From Octopus sinensis (Eukaryota), in assembly GCF_006345805.1 (NCBI RefSeq), contig NW_021824018.1, forward strand, positions 1 to 20,469: a stretch of 20,469 nt of DNA, in the 5' to 3' direction. Below are positions 9,212 through 20,202 of this stretch, piece after piece. Positions within the stretch are counted from its first letter, which is position 1, and each line of letters opens with the position of its first letter. Below the pieces are notes generated by a model, which was not told the DNA's origin, ran no database searches, and saw only the letters and a list, made by a program, of their open reading frames with translations. Made by a program: the position numbers and the translations under genes.

Positions 9212-9529
9212 TCGAGCCAAGCCTTCAGTTTAAAGATCCCTCCCTTGCTATCTCCCACCTGTCACAGAGGGCCCCCACCCCCATAAAGGGTCATGAGCAC
9301 TGCCTCCCCACCAGAATAAACTAATGAATAAATAAATAAACAACAAATTGTCTGGACTAAATGTGAACTGTAAGACCTATGAACTAGTGGTCCAAAACAC
9401 TGAAGCCATTCAGTTCCCTGAATTTATAAATAACGTTTTGTTTATAAATTCTTTAAATAAAGCAAAAAATTTTTCTGCATGTTTTGAGAAATCAATCTTT
9501 TATTTTTGTCGAAGATTTGATTATGTTGC

Positions 9530-9874
9530 CAATGTTGCTGTTTCGTTGCTGCTGCTGCTGCTGCTGATGATGATGATGATGGTGGTGGTGGTGATAATGA
9601 TGATGATGATGATGGAAGGGAAGGGGAGAGGTGGAGAGGAAGATGCACAAGATACTGATGATCATGTTCACGATCATGATGACAGTGACAATGATGGAGG
9701 TGGTGGTAGTGTTGGTGTTGGTGCTGGTGGAGTTGTTGGTTGCAGATGTTGATGATGATGATGATGACGACGACGACAACGACAATGATGATGATGATGA
9801 TGATGATTTGATCGACGAGGAGATGATGATGATGATGATGATGTTGATGATGTGTGTGAGATGACACGATGACA

Positions 9875-9906
<32 letters not shown>

Positions 9907-10320
9907 ATGACGATGATGATGTATGATGAACGAGATGATGATGATGATGATGATGATGTTGATGATGATGATGATGATGATGACAACGACAGCGATGCTG
10001 ACGATGGCACCAACGATAACAATGACAATAATGATGTAAATGATGATGATGATGATGATGGAGTTGGTGGTGCTGGCGTCGGCGGTGTTGGTGGCGTTGA
10101 TGATGACGGCGGGGGGGGGGGTTATTATTGTTATTGCTGTTTTCATTATAATGTTATATGTTGTTGCTATTGAGAATAATAATAACTGCTATGTCAACAA
10201 CAACAACAACAACTACAGATGTGATGAAGACGACAACAATAATGATGATGATGATGATGGCGGTGATGATGGTGTCGATAATAATAACGATAAAGATGAT
10301 AGTGGTGGTGGTGGTGAAGA
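9530..10320. repeat. Compound trinucleotide repeat field (GCT/GAT/GGT/GAC/AAC/AAT)
   Basis: Directly visible; explains the poly-D/M/H/S/I ORFs. Confidence 0.97.
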
Positions 10321-10624
10321 TGCTACAAAGGTCACAGACAACCAATTATTTTCTATCAGGGTACATGTCAGAATCTTTTGTGCCCAAGTCAAACCATTCT
10401 CTTTATCCGAAGATGTACCGAAGACACACGGAACTATTTTGGATAAAACCCTTTCATTGTGTCTGCTAGGTTCCAGGCTAATTAAGCTCATCAGTCCGTA
10501 GACACACTTAACACAATCGACATTGCCTCCCCCTCCCGCCTCCATCAACACACACACACACATGCTCAGCTCTTCCCTCTCCTCTTTCAAATAACCACTT
10601 CCTCTTCTTTTCTTTCTCATTCTC

Positions 10625-11310
10625 GTTATGTTCCTCTGTGTGTGTGTGTTGTGCATATATGTGTGTATATGTATATATTTATGTTTGAATGTATGTCTAT
10701 GTATGTTTGTATGTGTGTGTACATGTATGTTAGTGCATGCATGTGTGTGTTTGTGTGCACGTTTGTATGCATTTGTGTATGTTTGTATTTTGTGCAAGGG
10801 TGTGTATGTTTGTGTTTGTAAGAATGTGTCCATGCATGTTTGTATATGTCTGTGTATGTTTGTCTCTGAGTGTGTCTCTGTGTGTGCCTGCATGCATTTT
10901 TCTGTGTTTGTATGTGTGTGTGTGTGTGTGTGTGCGTGTGCACCTTTTTGCGTGTTTGTGTGTGTGTAATATATTTGCATATATGTATGTTTGAGAAGAT
11001 ATATATAAATGTGCTTCTCTATGACTTATCCATGTGTGTGTATGCTTGTGTGCGTTCATGTGTGTGTGTGTGTGTATTCGCATGTGTTTGTGCATGTATG
11101 TATGTAAATGTGTGTGAATAAGTATGAATGAATGTGTGTATGTGTGTATGTGTGTGTGTGTACGTGTGTACCTGTAATTTTTTGTGCATCTCTAAAATAT
11201 ATGTATGTACCAATGTGTTTACTGCTGTGTGTGTGTGTGTGTGCATGTGTGTCTGTATGTTTGTATGTGTGTGCATGTGTTTGTGTTCATGTGTGTGTGT
11301 GTTTATTTCT
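10625..11310. repeat. Cryptic (TG)/(TATG)n low-complexity tract
   Basis: Directly visible. Confidence 0.95.
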
Positions 11311-11322
11311 CTCAACAAATAC

Positions 11323-11660
11323 GAGTATGGCTGAATGGTTTAGAAGTTTAGAATGGTTCAGAATGCAGGTTCAATTCAAACTGATCGCATCTTGAGCAAA
11401 GGTATTCGTCTGTATCTTCAGGTCAACCCAGGCATTGTGAGTAAAATTTTGTTGAGTGGAAACTGTATGAAAGCCTCATAGATAGATTGTACTAGTAATT
11501 CAAATGGTATGGCCTTGTTGCATAGTGTGTCGTGCTGAATCTCCCTCAGAATAATCATGTTCAGGGTACAATTGTCTGTGGAGTACTCAGCCACGTCTAT
11601 CAAATTGTAAGGAGTAACTGGTTTAATAGATTGAACAACTGGAATACTCAGGATTGAAAC
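11323..11660 (+). mobile_element. Diverged family-B SINE (11323-~11478) abutting a family-A tail fragment (~11490-11660)
   Basis: tggctgaatgg...ggttcaattc head and ttgtgagtaaaattttgttgagtggaaactgt body, then ggccttgttgca..gctgaatctccctcagaa matching the reverse complement of 14520-14650. Confidence 0.65.
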
Positions 11661-11704
11661 CAATGAAAATAACCAATGAAAATAACCAATGTAGTTATGC
11701 TTAC

Positions 11705-11921
11705 ATAGTACCGCCTGACTGGCCCTCGTGTCGGTGGCATGTATAAGGACCCTCTACACACTTGGAGTGGTTGGCGTTAGGAAGGGCATCCAGCTGTAGA
11801 AACTCTGCCAGATCAGATTGGAGCTTGGTGCAGCCATCTGGTTCGCCAGACCTCAGTCAAATCATCCAACCCATGCTAGCATGGAAAGCGGACGTTAAAC
11901 AATGATGATGATGATGATGAT
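11705..11921 (+). mobile_element. Retroposon 3' region with (GAT)n tail (RTE-type 3'UTR-like)
   Basis: Same family as 5127-5460(-); ends ggacgttaaacaatgatgatgatg. Confidence 0.75.
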
Positions 11922-12017
11922 GTATGTATACATGTATGCATGGTTGTGTGTATGCAAGTGTGCATGTATGCTTGTAGGTGTGTATAGCTATATGCACCTA
12001 CATATATGTGGGGGGTG

Positions 12018-12350
12018 AAGGCCGAGGGTTTAGTGGTTAGAATGCCAGGCTCAATCATGAGGTAGTGAGTTTGATTCCTGAGCTGAGCTGTGTGTTGTGT
12101 TCTTAAGCAAGACACCTTATTCCTTGTCCTTCCAATTCACTCAGCTGTAGAAATGAGTTGTGACGTCATTGGCGCCAAGCTATATCAGCCTTTGCTTTTC
12201 CCTTGGATAATATCGGTGGTTTGGAGAGAGGAGGCTGGTATGCATGAGCGTCTGCTGGTCTTCCATAAGCAACCTTGCCTGGACATAAGCAACCTTGCCT
12301 TGGAGAAGAACTTTCCCATGGTCATTCATGACCAAAGGGCTCTTTACCCT
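12018..12350 (+). mobile_element. tRNA-derived SINE, family-A head with alternative tail (A2)
   Basis: tttagtggttag A-box-like and gagtttgattcc B-box-like elements, gtgttcttaagcaagacac central motif, tail ending ggtcattcatgaccaaagggctctttaccct. Confidence 0.8.
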
Positions 12351-12418
12351 ATAAATATATAAGTTAATACTCAAATATATATGAGGGCAAGTATGTATGT
12401 ATGAAAGAAGCCCATTGT

Positions 12419-12472
<54 letters not shown>

Positions 12473-12479
12473 ATATGTT

Positions 12480-12660
12480 TTTTGTGTCTGTGTTTGTCCC
12501 CCCAACATCACTCGACAACCGGTGCTGGTGTACTTACGTCCCCGTAATTTAGCGGTTCGGCAAAGAGACCAATAGAATAAGTCCTGGGGTCGATTTGCTC
12601 GACTAAAAGGCGGTGCTCCAGCATGGCCACAGTCAAATGACTGAAACAAGTAAAAGAGTA
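12480..12660 (+). mobile_element. Family D interspersed repeat
   Basis: Reverse complement of 18008-18200 at high similarity; ends gactgaaacaagtaaaagag. Confidence 0.8.
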
Positions 12661-13150
12661 TATGTTCATGCACACAGGCTATATAGCTGTACATACATAT
12701 GTTGCTGTGTAAGAATGTATATTTAAGCAAATTTGTGTGTCTCTGTCTTTGCCCTTGCATGTGCGTTTCTATGCGCATACAACGGTATGTTTGTATGTGT
12801 GCATGTGCATATGGAGTATAAGTTGATGTGGCCTATATATGTTAATTTATTGTTATCTTAATTATGATGATGATGGGTCATGGGAGGGTACAAGCAAATT
12901 ATTAATTTGACTCTATTCTTGAAATTTTTTTTAATTTTTTAAGAAAAATGTCAATCATAAACATTATATATATACATATATATATATATAAATATATATA
13001 TTTATATATATATATATATTATATATATATATATGATATTATATATATAATTTATATATATAAATCTTTAATATTATATATCAATATATGAATTATATTA
13101 TGTGTGTGTGTGTTAATGTATATGTGTTTATGTTTAGGTGTGTGCATATG

Positions 13151-13190
<40 letters not shown>

Positions 13191-13259
13191 GAGTCTCCGA
13201 GAAATATTTGAAGTTTAATAAAGTGTTGTTTCCTCAAATAAACTAATTCACTAATGAAT

Positions 13260-13687
13260 GACACGTAAATAATCCAATGGTAGTGGTGAAAGGGAGGGGA
13301 GCAGTGGTACCAGCAATGATTAGGAAGGGGAGGTCGTGGAGAGGGGGAGGGGATATTGATGATAATGAAAAGGAGAAAAGAAAGGGAGAAGGAGGAAGAG
13401 GAGGAGGAAGAGGAGAACTGTGGGGGTGATGAGGAGGAGCATGAGGTTAAGAGAGGAAGGGTGACATTAAGAGGAGGAGAGTGATGTAAAATAAAGAAGT
13501 AGAGAAGAGGGAGAAGTGGAGGAAGTTTGAGGTGATGATGGTCATGCTGATGATGAAGCTGATGATGATGATGATGATGTTGATGAGAAAGAAGAAGAGT
13601 GTGGTGATGAGGAGATTGGTGAGATGACAAAGAAGAGGGTGAGGTGACAAAGAGAAGGGTTGAAGAAGAGGATGAAGATGAGGTGGA

Positions 13688-13722
<35 letters not shown>

Positions 13723-13750
13723 CGATGATAATGGTGATGTCAGCAGTAGT
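13260..13750. repeat. Purine-rich (GGA)/(GAT)n low-complexity tract
   Basis: Directly visible. Confidence 0.93.
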
Positions 13751-14104
13751 GGTGGGGTATGACTATATTAATACCATTTTTTCCTGTATTTTTAAAACTT
13801 AAATGAAAATTTAATTTCTGTATTGAATTGAATGGTTTTTGTGTATTTCTGAAACTAATAATGTTAATGGCAATGTCCAACACCAATATGAGACCACACA
13901 GGGTGCAATGTGTCTGTATGCGCATGTGTGTGTGTGTGTGTGCGTGCGTGTGTGTGTGTGTGTGCGTGTGTGTGTGTGTGCGTGTGTGTGTTTGTGTGTG
14001 TGTGCATTTGCAAATAGATCCAGTCCAGAAGTGAAATATGGGCCCTGTTTCAAACTACTCAAGTGTTTCAGTATTCAAATACATATGAATTATACATGGG
14101 CTTG

Positions 14105-14181
<77 letters not shown>

Positions 14182-14466
14182 CGGTAGAAGTTTATTTTGT
14201 AATGGTTGAGATTAATTTGTAAACAATATTATGGAACGTCAGAGTTGTTACCCATTTGTAAAGATTGGTTCTTCGTTGATTTCCATTATGTGAAGATGAA
14301 AGAACAGTGATTGAAATTGTAAAGAAAATATTTATTTTTCCGTATCCAAAACCACGATGGGTTGGTATGTATAACTAGTAAATGGAAAAGCATGCGAGGT
14401 AAAAAAGTTTATTTTGGCCAGTATGTGTGTACACGTTCTCGTAGTAGTAATCCACAGATAGAGATA

Positions 14467-14796
14467 AAAAAAAGACTCCGCCGGTTACGACGACGAGGGT
14501 CCCAGCTGATACGATCAACGGAACAGCTTGCTCGTGAAATTAACGTGCAAATGGCTGAGCATTCCACAGACACGTGTACCCTTAACGTAGTTCTCGGGGA
14601 TAATCAGCGTGACACAGAGAGTGACAAGGCTGACCCTTTGAAATACAAGTACAACTCATTTTTGCCAGCTGAGTGGACTGGAGCAACGTGAAATAAAGTG
14701 TCTTGCTCAAGGACACAACGCGTCGCCGGGAATCGAACTCACAACCTTACGATCATGAGCCGAATGCCCTAACCACTAAGCCACGCGCCCTCACTG
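14467..14796 (-). mobile_element. Full-length, young tRNA-derived SINE (family A) with 12-bp target-site duplication
   Basis: TSD CAGATAGAGATA at 14455-14466 and 14797-14808. A box TGGCTTAGTGG, B box GAGTTCGATTCC, central tgtgtccttgagcaagacactt motif, many CpGs retained. Confidence 0.93.
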
Positions 14797-14814
14797 CAGA
14801 TAGAGATAGAATGA

Positions 14815-15200
14815 TGTTGTAAGAGAAAAGAAATTGAGCTAGTGAAAGTTATAGAGTCAAGGGAAGTTGTGTCTCATAGATGGCTGATTATAACTTACTT
14901 TCCCCCTCTGACCATTTATCTTTAGTAGCTGCCTGGTTGTGGCCATGACTGGTTGTCCCTTCACTAGCTGATGGTCACTTTCACTAACTCTGGTTCTCAC
15001 TAACTCCCTTTAGTTTGGGGGTTCTTGCTTTTATAACTATCCAGAAGGAAAGACATATCGTTGAGAACAAGAGATTTCGTTGGAGGTCTGTGATATCTCT
15101 ATTCTAGCTATTGGTGAAATAGAAGAGGTTAGAAAGGGTTAAGTGGTGAAGACATTATTTTACTTAGCTAAGGCATCTGGCAAATGTAACTACTGTCACA
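14815..15200 (-). mobile_element. Possible solo LTR
   Basis: Minus strand has TATAAAAG followed by GAGTTAGTGA repeats and ends ...CTTACAACA. The 5' boundary and TSD are ambiguous. Confidence 0.3.
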
Positions 15201-16086
15201 GAAAAAAACTATTGGTTTACCGTGAGAAAAGTGGTGTTGGACACAGTTTGTTTTAAATTTGCTATCTAGGATCTAATCCACGCCATGCCTGCAAGATCCA
15301 CTACATATATATATATATATATATATAATATATATATCATATATATATTATATATATTATATATATATATATATATAAAGATTAACCCAGCCGAATTGCG
15401 AGGATGATCCGGTTTTGACTGAAGATTAAAGGCTTCGAATGACCCTCCGTGTTTTTTGTATCGTTTTCTGATGTTTTGCGTTCTTGCATGCTTCAAAAGT
15501 TGGGATGCAAAACTTCTTGGTATACATGAATATTCAACACTATACTTTACATTTTGTAATATTGAATTTTTCACTTTAAAAAATTATGCTTAGACGGATT
15601 ACCCTCATTTTCCGAAATGGGACATTCGAAAATTGCAAAATGTAATGCACGAAACGTAAGGTAATGTCAAAAACTTCAAATGTAGACAGTATTTATTCAT
15701 CAATGCAATGTTGTGCCTATATTCTCAAGGTATGATATATATATATATATATATATGTGTGGTGTGTGTGTGTGTGTGTGTATCCTATTTATTTCTGCAG
15801 GTGATGATAGCTCTGCATTTAAATTGATGTAATGATTACATTGTTCAATATATGGATTAGTAATTTCCCACGCGGTATGCTTTAACTTAATTTTTTAGTC
15901 TGATTACAGCTACGATCATTTCAAAAAAATGGTTGTTTCTTTGCAGTTACTTAACGATAACCATTTCTTTTAACCAGCTTGTATTAATGACAAAAAATAT
16001 AGATGATAGCATTCGTTATCGTCCCCTATACCAACGTGTATGTATTCGATGCCACATATGTATGTATATGTATGTATGTATGTATG

Positions 16087-16759
16087 GAATTATTCAGTTT
16101 ATTTCAAAATTTTGGGGGCCAATAGAGAAAGAGCTAGTTACTAGGAATTTTGGGGGCCAATAGAGAAAGAGCTAGTTACTTGGAATTTCAACACCAACAG
16201 AGTATTTTTGCATATATGTCTGTATATGTGTTTGGAGGCAGTGCATAATTGTATGTTTTGTTTTATATATGTATTTTCATTCATGTCTAAATATGGGCAT
16301 GTATACTTAAATAGTAAACTTCTGAAAATTTACAAATGTTTAGTTCCAGTGCTGGCTTGAATCTGTAATCCTCGAATCAGCTTTTTCCTTTCTGGTTTCG
16401 AGAAGCCTAATTTCTCAGGTTTGGTACTTAGGCAGTGTTTTACATATCCCTGTAGTGTCCCAGTAATTACAGGTATATACCTGAACTTATAATTTGGATA
16501 GAGTAACTGTAGATTTCTCAATAGCTCACTGATCTTTTAGCCTTATGTTTACATTCGCTGAACGACTGATTTCAACTACTCTACACAAATTCTCTTTCCA
16601 GTCCCAAATCACTATGTCAGGCCTATTATGTTAACATTTCTTTGGGGGTTTTCACTGGGACATTTCACCCGTGTTCCTTATTATGAGTAGCTATGGCTTC
16701 TATCATAGTGTCAGTTCACATTTCTTTGGCCTCAGGGTTGTTCCTCCGACGGATTTCAT
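16087..16759 (-). pseudogene. 5'-truncated R4/Dong-type LINE: decayed restriction-like endonuclease (PD-(D/E)xK-type) C-terminus + 3'UTR
   Basis: Minus-strand frames give NEIRRRNNPEAKEM*...EHG*NVPVKT / HNRPDIVIWDWKENLCRVVEISRSANVNIRLK / ELLRNLQLLYPNYKFRYIPVITGTLQGYVKHCLS..., broken by stops and frameshifts. The HNRPDIV..VVEIS motif is characteristic of REL-endonuclease non-LTR elements. Confidence 0.85.
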
Positions 16760-17003
16760 TATGTATGTATGTAATAGAACTGACTAAAATAGCTCGCACA
16801 ATTCACTAAAAAATGGTCATTCTTCACCAAAGGTACCCCCACTTTTCTCTCGAACAGTGGAGAGAGTAGCTTCGATCCTGCCACCCCACCAACTCGACAC
16901 TCCCGTCTTAAAATCGTAGGCCCATGCCAACTGCTGACCCCCACACCACACCACCCTACCCTACCCCACCACCACCACCACCTACCACCCCCTTCTGTTC
17001 TAG

Positions 17004-17098
17004 CCTGTTCGTGTGAATATCATATATGCGTGTGTCTTGAAGGAAGTCGTCTATCTGTGTGGCTGTGCAAATAATGTAACGTGCCTTGTGGTGAAAAG
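17004..17098 (+). other. Candidate 95-nt exon (unverified)
   Basis: ccccttctgttctAG acceptor and AAG|GTAATA donor. One open frame, PVRVNIIYACVLKEVVYLCGCANNVTCLVVK, which I do not recognise. Confidence 0.25.
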
Positions 17099-17841
17099 GT
17101 AATAATAAAAACAAAGGAAGGAAGGAAAGAAGGAAGAAAGAAAGAAAGGCAAAGTAAGTTAGTGGGGTGGGGTTGGGGGTGGGGGTGGAAGCACGTCATG
17201 TTTGAAAGCATTCCAGACTTTTTTTTTTTCTTTCATTTCATTTATTTCATAGTTTAAAGAGAAGTCCCTAGCTGGTCAGTAAAATTGTATTGTGTTATTT
17301 ATCAACCCTCTCTTGAACCGCCGCCGTTGCCCCCCCCCACACACACACACACAAAAACTCTCGAGAATATAAACAATGTAATATTTGAAAAGAATTCCTC
17401 AGAGTTCTAATTATGTCTTAAACTCCTACAGAATTATTTGGTATCGGATCAGATTTAACTCTTTACTAAAGCTTGTTCATTTTTTGCCGAAATACCTTCA
17501 AGCACACAGTCATACGTTTTGTGGATTTAAAGATTGTTTTTTTCTTATTTTATCTTATCTTATCTTATTTATTTATTTTGTGGATTGCGTGTTTAACTTT
17601 GCTTCTCTTTTACTTTATTCATTTATATTTTTCTTTTAGTCTCTTGTTTCTGTCGTTCAATTGCTTGCAGTCTGCGGCCAAGCTAGAGCATAGTCTTAAC
17701 GAGTTTTGTCTAACAAATCTACCCCAGAACTTTAAGGTAGTGGTTCTTACCCACTTTTACCCATAAATTCCTTTGATTCTCATCTTATTCGGGTGGACCC
17801 TCTGAGCCATTCGACGTTTGAAAAATCCTTTTACATTTTCA

Positions 17842-18005
17842 GGCGCAGGCGTGGCTGTGTGGTAAGAAGCTTGCTTCCCAACCACATGGTTCTGGGTTCA
17901 GTCTCACTGCGTAGTACCTTGGGCAAGTGTCTTCTTCCATAGCCTTAGGTCGACCAAAGACTTGTGAGTGGATTTGGTAGACGGAAACAAAGAAGCCCAT
18001 CGTAT
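17842..18005 (+). mobile_element. tRNA-derived SINE, family B
   Basis: A box TGGCTGTGTGG, B box GGGTTCAGTCTC, accttgggcaagtgtctt central motif. Confidence 0.87.
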
Positions 18006-18007
18006 AG

Positions 18008-18330
18008 TCTTTTACTTGTTTCAGTCATTTTGTCTGCGACTATGCTGGAGCACCGCCTTTAGTCGAACAAGGGACTTATTCCTTGTAAGCCTAGTACATA
18101 TTCTATTGCTCTCTTTTGCCGAACTGCTAGGTTACGGAGATGTAAACACACCAACATCGGTTCTCAAGCGATGACGGGGGGACAAACATAGACACACAAA
18201 TACATACATATATATATTCTTTAACTTAGTTTGATGATTATTCTATCGGAATCTTTTGCCAAATCGCTAAGTTACGGAGACGTAAGCAAACCAACACCGG
18301 TTTTCAAGCAGTGATAAAGAACAAACACAA
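18008..18330 (-). mobile_element. Family D repeat (18008-18200) plus a second partial copy (~18238-18330)
   Basis: Reverse complement of 12480-12660; ttttgcc..gctaagttacggagacgtaa recurs at ~18254. Confidence 0.8.
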
Positions 18331-18348
18331 CGACCTCACACACATACA

Positions 18349-18558
18349 TCATGGTTCACCTATCGCGGTTTATTATTTAAGCTTACGTCGATTCCTCGCT
18401 GGTTTTGTTTTGCAATTATAATAAAAGAAATATATACAAATTATAAAAATAATTTTAAAAAACATACAGTACAGTACTGTTCCTACTTCGCGGATTTTCA
18501 TTTATCGCGGGGAAGGGATTTGGAACGTAATATCCGTGATAGTCAAGGGATCACTGTA
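18349..18558. mobile_element. Tigger/pogo-like MITE fragment
   Basis: Repeated tcgcgg motifs and a terminal atccgtgata..gggatcactg-TA typical of Tigger-type ends. The left end is missing. Confidence 0.5.
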
Positions 18559-18654
18559 TATATCATATATATATATATATATGTAATATATATATATTAT
18601 ATATATATATAGTATATATATATATCTATATATATATATATATCTATATATATA

Positions 18655-18790
18655 CGACGAGATTCTTTCCGTTTCCATCTACGAAATATGTTTACAAGGC
18701 TTAGGTCGGCCAGGCTATCGTAGAAGACACTTGCCCAAGGTACCATGCTGTAGGACTGAACCTGGAACCATGTGGTTGGGATGCTTACCA
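18655..18790 (-). mobile_element. tRNA-derived SINE, family B
   Basis: Similar to 9054-9211. Confidence 0.82.
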
Positions 18791-18919
18791 TATTGAGGAC
18801 TATATTATTCAAGTTGTCTAACAAAAATTTAACCCTTTTTTCCCCCCTATATTTCTGCTGATATGCGTCCTATTTATTTCAATTAATTTCGTAATGAAAA
18901 TATAAATTAACTTTGTCAT

Positions 18920-19120
18920 TAAGCTAGCAGAATAGTTTGAACGTCAGATAAAAAGCTAAGCAGCAATTCTTCTGACTCTGTACGTTCTGAGCTCAAATTC
19001 TGCCACGGTCGACTTCTTTCCTGGGTCGATAAAATAAAGAAGCAGTCAGGTATTGGAGTCGATGTAATAAATTAACCCCTGTAATAAATTAACTTCCTCC
19101 TTTTGCCAAAATTTGAAGTC
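18920..19120 (+). mobile_element. tRNA-derived SINE, family C (diverged)
   Basis: tagcagaat...ctgagctcaaattctgcc..ggtcgac...gggtcgataaaataa...gccaaaatttgaa. Confidence 0.7.
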
Positions 19121-19137
19121 ATTATTAAACTAATGTT

Positions 19138-19205
19138 TGGAGGAGTGGCTGTGTGGTAAGTAGCTTGCTTACCAGCCACATGGTTCCGGGTTCAGTCCCA
19201 CTGTG
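19138..19205 (+). mobile_element. Family-B SINE head only
   Basis: gagtggctgtgtggtaagtagcttgctt...ccgggttcagtcccactg, truncated after the B box. Confidence 0.8.
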
Positions 19206-19454
19206 GATGTTCTTGTTGGCGGATCACGATTAGTAAAACGCTGAAAAGCAGAAAAAGGAATCAGTAGCAACCAAAAAAAAAAAAACAAGGGCAATAAATA
19301 GATAAAATGTATTTAAGATAAGGAGAAGATAGAGGGATATAAAGGGAGAGCTTGTGACCCTTAATTTTTATTTATTTATTTATTTGTTTGAGCCCTTTAA
19401 TCCTAACTGGACCATTTAGCAAGTTAGAGGGAGAATGGGGAAGTCAGAAAGAAG

Positions 19455-19634
19455 ACACATACATATACATCCATACACGCATATACACATACACGTATGT
19501 AAACACAAACACATATATACACTTACGCATAACATAACGCATATACAGTAGCATTCACACACATACACACAGAGACGCGACAGATACAAACACGGATACA
19601 GATATAGAGCATGAACACATATACGTATACAAAT

Positions 19635-19672
<38 letters not shown>

Positions 19673-20160
19673 CTTATATATACATGCATAAACACACGTA
19701 TATACACACACATAAACGCATGACATATAATTATGTAGACACATTTAGACACCCACATACACAGAACGCATTTACAAAGGTGCAACATACATACACCACA
19801 CATATATACACGCATACACAACCGTGTATATACTCACATAAACGCATACATACAAGTATACAGACACATTTAGCCACACATATCACACGACATTCCACAC
19901 AAACACAGAGGCGCATACGCATACACATATATGCGTATACAGGCACACACGTACACATATCTCATAGACACATGCACATATACACGCATATACAAAACAC
20001 AGGTATATACACGCATAACGCATACAAACACGTATACAAAGGCACGTTTACACACACATCCACATACACACACACATATACAGACACACGTATACTCGCA
20101 TACACGCACATACATATATACACACGCACAGTGCCAAGACCTCACGCACACGCACACATG
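19455..20160. repeat. Cryptic (CA)/(TACA)/(CACG)n tract
   Basis: Directly visible. Confidence 0.95.
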
Positions 20161-20202
20161 TACTCTTCCTTATTCATCACTCCATTCCCCTTCCCTTTCT
20201 AG

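Noticed and set aside
9560-9575. CTGATGA hammerhead cores within (GAT)n tracts (also ~13547)
   Set aside because: These are by-products of GCT/GAT repeat junctions, with no stems or GAAA.
14720-14796. tRNA gene (also other A/B-box heads)
   Set aside because: The heads run into shared SINE bodies, this copy has a TSD, and no complete cloverleaf with acceptor stem is evident.
13873-15244. 12-bp inverted match TGTCCAACACCA / TGGTGTTGGACA as transposon TIRs
   Set aside because: No TSD, and the interior is unrelated repeats; compatible with chance.
15795-15909. C/D-box snoRNA (GTGATGA at 15801, CTGA at 15900, weak terminal stem)
   Set aside because: These short motifs are expected by chance, the stem is imperfect, and I could not identify an rRNA/snRNA-complementary guide. 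A snoscan search would settle it.
17735-17810. hAT/Charlie-like MITE end (gtagtggttcttaccc...ggtggaccc)
   Set aside because: Vague resemblance only; no second terminus or TSD.
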